IMG/VR virus record: IMGVR_UViG_3300020045_002310
Span: 1 to 35,351 of that record
Strand: one strand, 5' to 3'
Length of the DNA stretch: 35,351 bases
From: a virus
Lineage: Duplodnaviria; Caudoviricetes
The translations under genes and the position numbers were made by a program. Positions 1 to 7,626 of this stretch are shown here, in pieces. The number at the start of each line of letters is the position of its first letter. Position 1 is the stretch's first letter. The notes under the pieces are model-generated. The model was not told the origin of the DNA, made no database searches, and saw nothing but the letters and a program-made list of their open reading frames with translations.

Positions 1-113
1 TAAAAATGCCCACAATTTCAAGCGGGCAGGCTTTACTTTTGTGAGCTTTTTAAAAATTTCTTTAATGTATCGAACCTGCCCGAACAATACTTAAGCAAAT
101 ATAATCAAATAAA

Positions 114-239
114 TCAATTGTACAATACTTTATTTAATATTTTTCTATAAACTTTATTAGCTAATTCAGAGTTGCATCCACGTTTACGATAGAACTCTAA
201 TACTCTTTTTATTCGTGTTAAATTTGATTGCTTACTCAT
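114..239 (-). CDS. small basic hypothetical protein (41 aa, MSKQSNLTRIKRVLEFYRKRG...)
   Basis: Read manually: ATG at 239, TGA at 114-116, directly downstream of the YopX gene on the same strand; below the ORF-track cutoff. Confidence 0.55.
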   Translation of the reverse strand: MSKQSNLTRIKRVLEFYRKRGCNSELANKVYRKILNKVLYN

Positions 240-244
240 AAATT

Positions 245-691
245 TTATTTTAATAGCTCTGGGTTTTCGTAAATGTTTCCGATTACTTCTAAATGATTAT
301 CAGCATCTTTGTATGCGAATCTTCCATAGTGAAACTCATAATTATCAGTTTCTTTTTTTTCGTTTGTTTTTGAATCAACATAAAATATAATTCTAAACTT
401 TATATCTGGGTTTATTTCAACAACTGCGTATCTATGCCAATGTTCTATACTATTTTCATGCATTCCCCATTTTATAATATCTCCTTCATAAATATCAACT
501 CCGTTTTTATCTTTAAGCCCTGTGAATTGTCCTACTGAATCAGGAAATACCTTTTCAATTTCATCATAATTATCTACATCTTCTTTTAATATATAATATT
601 GTTTATTCTTAACCATTCCGCTATCTACTAAGTTTCCGTAAATCCATTGTTTAGTATTTGCATCAACTCCTCTAAATTTAATTTCTCTCAT
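245..691 (-). CDS. YopX family phage protein
   Basis: MREIKFRG N-terminus, VGQFTGLKDKNGVDIYEGDII and EVIGNIYENPELL signature motifs. Confidence 0.9.
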   Translation of the reverse strand: MREIKFRGVDANTKQWIYGNLVDSGMVKNKQYYILKEDVDNYDEIEKVFPDSVGQFTGLKDKNGVDIYEGDIIKWGMHENSIEHWHRYAVVEINPDIKFRIIFYVDSKTNEKKETDNYEFHYGRFAYKDADNHLEVIGNIYENPELLK

Positions 692-850
692 AGTATTTAT
701 TTTTAATGATTTATTTTACTTTCAATTATATAAAATCCGTCTACTATTTCAACTTCTATTGGAAAACTTTTCTTTAAACGTTCTCTTTTATGTACTGATT
801 CACGTCTAATACATAAACCTCGTTTTATTACTTTGTACTTTTGTTCTTCA

Positions 851-1165
851 TTATATTTCATAAAACTTGTATCTGTCTTGTTTACCCTTGCAATTGTCAG
901 TAATCGTATTTACGCATATTTTATTTTCTTTTGCACATGCTGTAATTGATTCATATTATTTACCGTCTGAAACTCTTATAACTTTCTTTTTCTGCTTAGG
1001 TTGTATCTTTTTCATTGGAACTGGCTTAACATGTTTTTTACCAGTCCTTAAAAATTCATATTCCTTTTTTTGTTCATCAGTCCATTTTGATATAACAAAG
1101 TTCCATAAGTTAGATTTAGGATGATTTAATCTAACTTCTTTTGTGTTTGCTTGGGTGTAGTGCAT
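851..1165 (-). pseudogene. NUMOD1-type DNA-binding protein interrupted by an in-frame TAA at 956-958
   Basis: Frame reads KKVIRVSDGK*YESITACAKENKICVNTITDNCKGKQDRYKFYEI*; the NUMOD1-like pattern runs through the stop. Confidence 0.65.
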
Positions 1166-1167
1166 AT

Positions 1168-1575
1168 TTAGTAAATTGGCTGTTGTGATTTTTCTATAAT
1201 TTTATAATGAGTAACCCCGTCTTTTATAAAATCTTTATAAAGGCGTTCTTTGTTGTCTTTTAAAAGCTCTATAAATCTTTGTTCTCCGTTCATTACTATT
1301 TCCCATAATCCTTCTATAATATCTGGCAAATCTGCTTCACCTTCAATCTTAATCCATCCGTTGTTGTTTTCTATTCCTTGAAGTGATTTTAGTCTAAAAA
1401 AAGTGTAGTATGCATCCTTAGTGGTTTCTACTCTTGAATCAAATAATTCTTTATTAATTAAATAATTTACTATTTTTTTTTCTGTATTAATAGATAATCT
1501 AACCCATCCATTTTCTTCAATATCTTTATTCCAATATTCTCCGTATTCTTCCTGTATTTTTTCTTGCTTTGTCAT
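1168..1575 (-). CDS. hypothetical phage protein (C-terminal DUF551-like segment)
   Basis: 135-aa ORF with NNNGWIKIE..DLP...VTHY motif, tightly packed in operon. Confidence 0.7.
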   Translation of the reverse strand: MTKQEKIQEEYGEYWNKDIEENGWVRLSINTEKKIVNYLINKELFDSRVETTKDAYYTFFRLKSLQGIENNNGWIKIEGEADLPDIIEGLWEIVMNGEQRFIELLKDNKERLYKDFIKDGVTHYKIIEKSQQPIY

Positions 1576-1736
1576 TACTCAGTAGCTTTTTTAATTAGTT
1601 TTTTATACTCTTTATTTACTGCATTTTCTGCAATCTCTTTGCATTTTTTACGTCCTATTAAGTCTATTACTTTATTAGGTAATAACGCTCCAAATACTGC
1701 TTTTTTATCTTCGTGGTTTAATTCTTTTTTTGCCAT
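1575..1736 (-). CDS. small hypothetical protein (53 aa, MAKKELNHEDKKAVF...)
   Basis: Read manually; fills the gap between two minus-strand genes with TAATG stop/start overlap. Confidence 0.65.
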   Translation of the reverse strand: MAKKELNHEDKKAVFGALLPNKVIDLIGRKKCKEIAENAVNKEYKKLIKKATE

Positions 1737-1739
1737 TGG

Positions 1740-2084
1740 TTATATCTTTATCGTTAATTCTTCATTGATTAAAGCAAAGTATAAGTTTTGTAATTGGTGG
1801 ACATGAACACAAGACCAAGGCTTTACAAGTCCAAGCATTCCTTTTATCCCTACATGGTCTCCAAACCATATAAATATTAAATGCTTATCTATTAATTCAT
1901 TATTTTTAAAGCCAAACTTCAATAACCATTCTTCTGTTAATTGGATTGGTTTAATCCATTCAATAGGAGTTCCTATGTAATCTCCTTCTTTGAAAACTGA
2001 ATTTTCTAAAACTCCATTAATTTGAAATTTATTACCGTCTTTATCTAATACTAAATTCCCTATTCTTAATTCATTTGCTCTCAT
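1740..2084 (-). CDS. conserved Bacteroidota phage protein
   Basis: ELRIGNLV...PIQLTEEWLLKFGF...VHQLQNLYFAL pattern common in Bacteroidota phages. Confidence 0.75.
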   Translation of the reverse strand: MRANELRIGNLVLDKDGNKFQINGVLENSVFKEGDYIGTPIEWIKPIQLTEEWLLKFGFKNNELIDKHLIFIWFGDHVGIKGMLGLVKPWSCVHVHQLQNLYFALINEELTIKI

Positions 2085-2089
2085 AATAT

Positions 2090-2335
2090 TTATAGTTTTT
2101 GTATTTCTTCTATTAATAATTTTTCTTCGTCTATTAATCCTTGTAGTCTGGATAAATATAATTTCTCGCTTATTTCAATTCCAGATGATTTTAAGTTAAA
2201 TAATAATTCTCTATTTGAATTATATTCGTTTTTTACGCAAATTGACATACATTTTTTTGCATGAAATTTATCTAAAGAATATGAAATCCATACGTACTTT
2301 TTAAATAAATCATCTAATTTTTCTTTTAAGGTCAT
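2090..2335 (-). CDS. hypothetical protein
   Basis: 81-aa ORF, first gene after the leftward promoter. Confidence 0.65.
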   Translation of the reverse strand: MTLKEKLDDLFKKYVWISYSLDKFHAKKCMSICVKNEYNSNRELLFNLKSSGIEISEKLYLSRLQGLIDEEKLLIEEIQKL

Positions 2336-2358
2336 AATATTTACTTTTTAAGTTTAAG

Positions 2359-2461
2359 CAAATCTACGTATAAATATTTATTAAACAACAATAAATAATT
2401 ATTTATAATCAATTCAAATAACAATAAATGTTTTTTTATTCGAATAAAGGTTGTAGATTTG
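2359..2461. promoter_or_regulatory. divergent Bacteroidota-type promoters (-7 element TAGATTTG on each strand)
   Basis: CAAATCTA at 2359-2366 (minus) and TAGATTTG at 2454-2461 (plus) match TAnnTTTG and precede divergent operons. Confidence 0.7.
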
Positions 2462-2497
2462 TCTCAGCAATAATGCTAAAACTTAAATGTAAATAAA

Positions 2498-2704
2498 ATG
2501 CAAAAATTAGAAAACACAATCGTAGAATTTTTAGAAGAAGAATTTAACACCAAAGCCAGAATATCTGAATTAGAAATTAAAATAAATACTCCAAGCCTAA
2601 GTAAGAGTAACTTACTTAGATTAAATAGGATAGTAAATAACGCTAATTTAGGTTTAGAAATAAAAAGGAGTGGTACAGGATTAGTAATTATTATATCTAT
2701 TTAA
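2498..2704 (+). CDS. hypothetical protein
   Basis: 68-aa ORF downstream of plus-strand promoter. Confidence 0.6.
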   Translation: MQKLENTIVEFLEEEFNTKARISELEIKINTPSLSKSNLLRLNRIVNNANLGLEIKRSGTGLVIIISI

Positions 2705-2762
2705 ATAAAAGAAAAAAACAAGAATAATTAAACAAATTAAAACAATTAAACAAATAGAAATT

Positions 2763-3134
2763 ATGGAAGTTACAGGAAAGATTAAAGTTGTTGACTCGGT
2801 TAAAGAAGTAGGTACAGGTGGATTTAAGAAACGTGATATAGTTGTTACAACCGACGAATCTTATCCGCAAGATATATCTATTCAGTTTGTGCAGGACAAA
2901 TGCGATTTATTAAATACATTTAATGTAGGCGAATCGGTTAAAATTGGTATCAATTTACGTGGTCGTGAATGGACAAATTCTCAAGGAGAAACGGTTTATT
3001 TCAATACTATTCAAGGTTGGAACATTAATAAAGTAGCCGAATCAAGTACAGAAAAACCTGCAATACCATCGGCAGAAGCATTTAAACCTACTACTAACGC
3101 AGTCGAAGAAGAAATCGATGACCTTCATTTTTGA
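2763..3134 (+). CDS. DUF3127 family protein (OB-fold, SSB-like)
   Basis: FKKRDIVVTTDESYPQDISIQF, INLRGREW, YFNTIQGW motifs; acidic C-terminal tail EEIDDLHF. Confidence 0.85.
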   Translation: MEVTGKIKVVDSVKEVGTGGFKKRDIVVTTDESYPQDISIQFVQDKCDLLNTFNVGESVKIGINLRGREWTNSQGETVYFNTIQGWNINKVAESSTEKPAIPSAEAFKPTTNAVEEEIDDLHF

Positions 3135-3208
3135 AAGGTAGAAAATAAATTTTAATATTACCTTTTTATTTATTATCTTTACACTCTAAACATTAAATAT
3201 CTTTAAAT

Positions 3209-3712
3209 ATGAAACAATGCAAAGAGTGTAAGGTTATAAAAGAAAAAAATAATTTTTATGGAGTACAAGGAGAGTGTAAAGAATGTACTAAGCAAAGGAT
3301 TAAGAATCGAGAACAAAAACTTAGATTAAATGATGAATGGAAAGACAAAGAAAGGCTTAGACAGCGTGAAAAATATTACCGTTTAAATTATAAAGAAAAG
3401 CACAAACCAAGTCCAGAATCTAAAAAAATAGCTATGGATAAATATATAAAGAAATATCCAGAAAAAGTAAGGGCTAAAAGTTTGTCTAGAAAGTTAAGAC
3501 CACTAATTAAAACTAACCAATTACATCATTGGAATTATAATATAGAATTTGCTAAAGATGTTATAGAACTAAGCATAAAAGACCATTCTAAAATACATAG
3601 ATTTATAAAGTACGACCAGAAAACTTTTATGTATAAAGATTTAAACGGAATTTTATTAGATACAAAAGAAAAACATATTGAATTAATTAACAAAGTATTA
3701 GAAAATTTTTAA
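3209..3712 (+). CDS. zinc-finger / HNH-like endonuclease
   Basis: Two CxxC motifs at the N-terminus; LHHWNY...H...H C-terminal HNH-like pattern. Confidence 0.6.
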   Translation: MKQCKECKVIKEKNNFYGVQGECKECTKQRIKNREQKLRLNDEWKDKERLRQREKYYRLNYKEKHKPSPESKKIAMDKYIKKYPEKVRAKSLSRKLRPLIKTNQLHHWNYNIEFAKDVIELSIKDHSKIHRFIKYDQKTFMYKDLNGILLDTKEKHIELINKVLENF

Positions 3713-3714
3713 TT

Positions 3715-3951
3715 ATGGACACATACACAGAACATAATCCGCTTAATCCTATTAACGAAATAGAATGCAATCCGCAAACTGAACTTGAAGAACAACAAGA
3801 ATGGAATCAGGAATTAGTTAGAAAGAATAAAAAGTTATTAAAGCAATTAGAAAAGTTAGCAGAAATATTACAACTAGAATCTTGGGGTATGACTCCAACT
3901 TATGAGCAACTAAAAGAAAAACAAGAAATTTTAAATCAGTATATAAAATGA
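3715..3951 (+). CDS. hypothetical coiled-coil protein
   Basis: 78-aa ORF with ATGA/ATAA-type overlap to the next gene. Confidence 0.65.
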   Translation: MDTYTEHNPLNPINEIECNPQTELEEQQEWNQELVRKNKKLLKQLEKLAEILQLESWGMTPTYEQLKEKQEILNQYIK

Positions 3952-4481
3952 AAGAAACAGATATTGATAGCATGAAATACCGTAAGTCTACGCATTTAGC
4001 TGGTATTGATGTAGAATCTATCGTAAGCGAGAAAGGAAGTTGTGTCTTAACTATAAAAGAAGCGTATTACAATACAAATGTTGATGTGTCAGGGAATAAG
4101 ACTGATGGTTATTTTATAGAGTTTGTAGAGCCCTTAAAGCCGATGATGGCAAACTCTGGTAATCGTAAAATTATAAACGATATTGTAAAAGAAAAGTTGG
4201 GATGTACTTCGGCAGAAAGTAGAATGTTACCTAATTGGAAAGGAATACAAATTGATTTGTTTTTTGACCCTTCACGTAAAATGATGGGTAAAGTTACTGG
4301 AGGAATAGGAGTTAAGCCTGTAGTTAAAAAAGTAATTAGTGATATTAATGCATTAGCTATTTTAAATAAATCTAAAACAATTGAAGAATTAAAGTCAAAT
4401 TGGGAATTATTAACCGCAGTTGAAAAAAACATACCTACTGCAATGGCTTTAAAAGAAAAACTTAAAACTATTTTAAAATGA
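3948..4481 (+). CDS. hypothetical protein, possible partner of the exonuclease in recombination
   Basis: 177-aa ORF overlapping the YqaJ gene start; function inferred only from position. Confidence 0.6.
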   Translation: MKETDIDSMKYRKSTHLAGIDVESIVSEKGSCVLTIKEAYYNTNVDVSGNKTDGYFIEFVEPLKPMMANSGNRKIINDIVKEKLGCTSAESRMLPNWKGIQIDLFFDPSRKMMGKVTGGIGVKPVVKKVISDINALAILNKSKTIEELKSNWELLTAVEKNIPTAMALKEKLKTILK

Positions 4482-5182
4482 TTGCAAGATACGATATTGA
4501 ACAACATTCTGAAGAATGGCACAAAGTACGTTATGGTAAAATAGGAGGTACATTATCTAAGGGTTTATTTGTTAAGTCATATACGCTTTTAGAAGATGTA
4601 TTGTCTGAAATAGTAGAAGATTTCGATTTGCAAGAGTCGTTTCAATCATACGATATGATTAGAGGCACTGAATTAGAACCAGAAGCACGTAAAGCATTAA
4701 ATGCATATTTAGGAATTGAATTAAAAGAAGTCGGTTGGTTACAATGTGAAGAAATACCTTTACTTGGAATTTCTCCAGACGGAATAACAGAGTGCGAAAC
4801 TATTTCTGCCGAGATAAAATGCCCTAACGCAAAGACGCATTTAAAAACTATTTTAGCAAATGAAATTCCTTCAAATAATATACATCAATGTATTCACTAT
4901 TTTACGGTTAATCCGAAATTAGAAAAGCATTACTTTTGTAGTTTTAGACCAGAAAATAATTTTAAGTCAATTTTTGTAAAGGAATTAAATAGAGAAAGTT
5001 TAATTGATTTAGGACTTACCTATAAAGTAAAAATAAAAGAAGATAGAGGTTTAGGATTAAAAGAATATGTTTGCGAAATTAAAGATATAAGAACCATAAA
5101 CGAATGGGTTAAATTAGCTAAATCAGAAGCTATTAAATTAGAATTACAAATAAATGAAGCTATCAAACAATTAGAGTTCTAA
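4478..5182 (+). CDS. YqaJ / lambda-exonuclease family recombinase nuclease
   Basis: QHSEEWHKVRYGKIG, GTELEPEAR, GISPDG, EIKCP and Q motifs of the lambda Exo family. Confidence 0.9.
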   Translation: MIARYDIEQHSEEWHKVRYGKIGGTLSKGLFVKSYTLLEDVLSEIVEDFDLQESFQSYDMIRGTELEPEARKALNAYLGIELKEVGWLQCEEIPLLGISPDGITECETISAEIKCPNAKTHLKTILANEIPSNNIHQCIHYFTVNPKLEKHYFCSFRPENNFKSIFVKELNRESLIDLGLTYKVKIKEDRGLGLKEYVCEIKDIRTINEWVKLAKSEAIKLELQINEAIKQLEF

Positions 5183-5190
5183 CAACCAAT

Positions 5191-5222
5191 AAAGCCGATA
5201 CTATTTTACGGAATCGGCTTTT
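5191..5222 (+). terminator. probable intrinsic terminator, possibly bidirectional
   Basis: AAAGCCGAT / ATCGGCTTT inverted repeat just after the exonuclease stop. Confidence 0.55.
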
Positions 5223-5239
5223 AAATAAATATAGATATT

Positions 5240-5458
5240 ATGAAATTAGAAGAATTATTTAACGAAGACGGACAATATACTTGTGATAGTTTTGTAGATG
5301 GATTTTTCATTGAAATTAAAGACGGAATGTTTTTAGGAAATCAATATAAAGGTAAATATTACATGTTTCCAGAAAGATGGTTATTTCATTTATCTAAAAA
5401 TTTATTTACACATGATTATAAAAAAGTTTTTACAAGACAATCTTTATTTAAAACTTAA
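5240..5458 (+). CDS. hypothetical protein
   Basis: 72-aa ORF, last plus-strand gene before the convergent lysis cassette. Confidence 0.6.
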   Translation: MKLEELFNEDGQYTCDSFVDGFFIEIKDGMFLGNQYKGKYYMFPERWLFHLSKNLFTHDYKKVFTRQSLFKT

Positions 5459-5852
5459 TATTACCACTCCTAACATAAACAATAATTAATAATCCAACTA
5501 CAAAGACAATTCCTATCCATAAATTAGAGTTGTCTTTTTTTTCTGTTACTTTATTTTTAGTTTCAGTTTCTTTTTTAATTTCAATTACTTTAGTAGCTTC
5601 TTTAATCTCAAAGTTATTGAATTTACTTTTATCGTACTTAATAGTTACGTTAAAATATGTATTACCGTCTATAATAATAGGCTTAGATGCATCAAAAGGT
5701 GTTATAGTATATATATCATTCAATACTATATTTTGAGTTAATATACGGCTATTTTCTACAATTAAAGAATCTGATTTAAATGATGTAGATTGATTCGATG
5801 TTTTACGTGTTCCGCATGAAACTATTATTAAAAAGATAAGTAAGTATTTCAT
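5448..5852 (-). CDS. lipoprotein with C-terminal TM helix, probable unimolecular spanin
   Basis: Signal plus lipobox MKYLLIFLIIVS-C, beta-rich middle, C-terminal LWIGIVFVVGLLIIVYV; follows endolysin. Confidence 0.65.
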   Translation of the reverse strand: MKYLLIFLIIVSCGTRKTSNQSTSFKSDSLIVENSRILTQNIVLNDIYTITPFDASKPIIIDGNTYFNVTIKYDKSKFNNFEIKEATKVIEIKKETETKNKVTEKKDNSNLWIGIVFVVGLLIIVYVRSGNIKF

Positions 5853-6391
5853 TTTTTATATTTAAGCAACAATTCTTTCCTATGCTCCAAACCATTATAC
5901 CCTCCGTTTATCTTACGTGTAATACCTTTTAAATCATCTTTATCAGCTAAAGCATTTAAATTACTTTTATTCCAAAACCATAATGCGCTTATCATTGCGT
6001 TAGTTTCTTCTAATAATAAATCTGGATTTTTTAAACAATCTAAATCCGTATCGTTTGCTAATTGGTGGTAATTTATTTTTCCTGTAATCTGTAAAAATCC
6101 CCGCCCTCTGTATTTCCAACCCTCTCCGCTTGCTTCGTTACCGTTACCCATTCGATTAGCATAAACTCTATTAGCTATCTTTTCTGGCTTTCTAGCGTAC
6201 GATAATGATTCACTAGTATTAAAGTACTTTGAGAAAGTTTGCATTAATCCTTGCGCACTATAATTCAAATTCTCACTAATCGGTTTTAATCCGCTTTCAT
6301 GTTCAATCTGAGCCATAAAATGTGCAATACGTAATTTTGTAGTTAATCCGTATCTTTCAAAAAGTGACTTATATTTTGTTTGTAGGTTCAT
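5849..6391 (-). CDS. endolysin, glycoside hydrolase family 19
   Basis: AHFMAQIEHESG, ENLNYS, YRGRGFLQITGKINY, ITRKINGGYNGLEHR motifs. Confidence 0.92.
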   Translation of the reverse strand: MNLQTKYKSLFERYGLTTKLRIAHFMAQIEHESGLKPISENLNYSAQGLMQTFSKYFNTSESLSYARKPEKIANRVYANRMGNGNEASGEGWKYRGRGFLQITGKINYHQLANDTDLDCLKNPDLLLEETNAMISALWFWNKSNLNALADKDDLKGITRKINGGYNGLEHRKELLLKYKK

Positions 6392-6395
6392 AATA

Positions 6396-6686
6396 TTATC
6401 TTGAAATTAAAAATAAAATATATCCGAATATAAAAGTTAATATTACTCCTGCAAATATTCTTAACTGTCGCATATTCTCTTTTGTTACAGTATAATCTTC
6501 TTCTAAGCGTTTTACTCTATTGTCAATTTCATGCACAATATGAGTTAATCCTTTATGATTATTAAATACATTTCCAACCAAAGCGGACTCAATACTATCT
6601 AAGGTTTTATTTTGATTTTCAGCATCAGTTTTTAATGATTTTAAATGCTGTTCCATGCGGTCTAAACGTTCTGATTCTATTGACAT
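6396..6686 (-). CDS. coiled-coil protein with C-terminal TM helix (lysis-associated)
   Basis: Heptad-rich N-terminus, single C-terminal hydrophobic helix, adjacent to endolysin. Confidence 0.65.
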   Translation of the reverse strand: MSIESERLDRMEQHLKSLKTDAENQNKTLDSIESALVGNVFNNHKGLTHIVHEIDNRVKRLEEDYTVTKENMRQLRIFAGVILTFIFGYILFLISR

Positions 6687-6689
6687 AAG

Positions 6690-7013
6690 CTAATAAATTG
6701 ATTCTATTACAGTGAATGTAATTATTGAAATATAAAAAAAGTAATAAATGTTTTCGTTTAATATTGGATATATAAGAGTTAAAAATATTATTGCTAATAT
6801 ACAATAAATATAGTTTTTAGAAAAAGGTATATAATACCTATGAAAAAAGAAAAAATGAGTTAATGATATACCCACTAAAATAGAATCTATTAAATCAAAT
6901 CTATAATAGTTTTCTTGGTAGAAATAAGCGTTTCTTAAAAACACAAAACAAACTATCCAATTAATCACAATGAATAAAGGTAAGTAGCTGAATAGTTTGT
7001 GTGCTTTTTCCAT
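6690..7013 (-). CDS. four-TM membrane protein
   Basis: Four hydrophobic segments; likely start MEKAHK at 7013, just after holin stop. Confidence 0.65.
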   Translation of the reverse strand: MEKAHKLFSYLPLFIVINWIVCFVFLRNAYFYQENYYRFDLIDSILVGISLTHFFFFHRYYIPFSKNYIYCILAIIFLTLIYPILNENIYYFFYISIITFTVIESIY

Positions 7014-7014
7014 T

Positions 7015-7281
7015 TTACTTTTTTGGTGGTATTGGTAGTCCAATCCCGTTATTTTCTTCTTGGCTTGCAACTACTTGTTTTGCATTGGGAGTTAAAAAGT
7101 TTTTAACTAAATAAGCTAAACCCCCACCTATTGCAGATAAAGCAATTGTTTTCCAATCAAATGTTAATACTCCAAGCTCTAAAGACTGTTGAACTATTAC
7201 CACTACTGGAGTTAAAACTGCCATTAAAAGACCTTTCCCTAAATCTAGCCAATTAAGGCTTAAAAAATTACTTGTTCTCAT
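7015..7281 (-). CDS. probable holin
   Basis: Two TM segments (DLGKGLLMAVL..., DWKTIALSAIGGGLAYLVKNFLT), charged tail; start at 7281 avoids overlap. Confidence 0.65.
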   Translation of the reverse strand: MRTSNFLSLNWLDLGKGLLMAVLTPVVVIVQQSLELGVLTFDWKTIALSAIGGGLAYLVKNFLTPNAKQVVASQEENNGIGLPIPPKK

Positions 7282-7289
7282 GTTTGTAT

Positions 7290-7607
7290 TTAATTTGTTA
7301 ATAATAAATCGTTTGTTCTTGTTGCGGTCGTCCATCCTTGACTTAATTTAAGTATTCCAGAATGCTTTTCTTTTAGATGTAGTATATCACACTCTTTTAT
7401 ATTACACTCTCTTTTCTCGTATTGTTTTTTACTGTCTGAAAGAGTAATACCATTTAAATTCGCTTCAAACTTTATAGGGTCTTTTGATTTTTTGTTTTCA
7501 AAAACATGACCATCTATTTCAATTTTGCAATCTAAAACAGTTTTGTACTTTGGTTCTTGAGCAAATATCGCACTAGAAAATAAAAGGAATATTATTAATG
7601 TTCTCAT
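7290..7607 (-). CDS. hypothetical secreted protein
   Basis: N-terminal signal peptide MRTLIIFLLFSSAIFA-Q. Confidence 0.6.
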   Translation of the reverse strand: MRTLIIFLLFSSAIFAQEPKYKTVLDCKIEIDGHVFENKKSKDPIKFEANLNGITLSDSKKQYEKRECNIKECDILHLKEKHSGILKLSQGWTTATRTNDLLLTN

Positions 7608-7626
7608 GTTTATTTATATTTAATTG

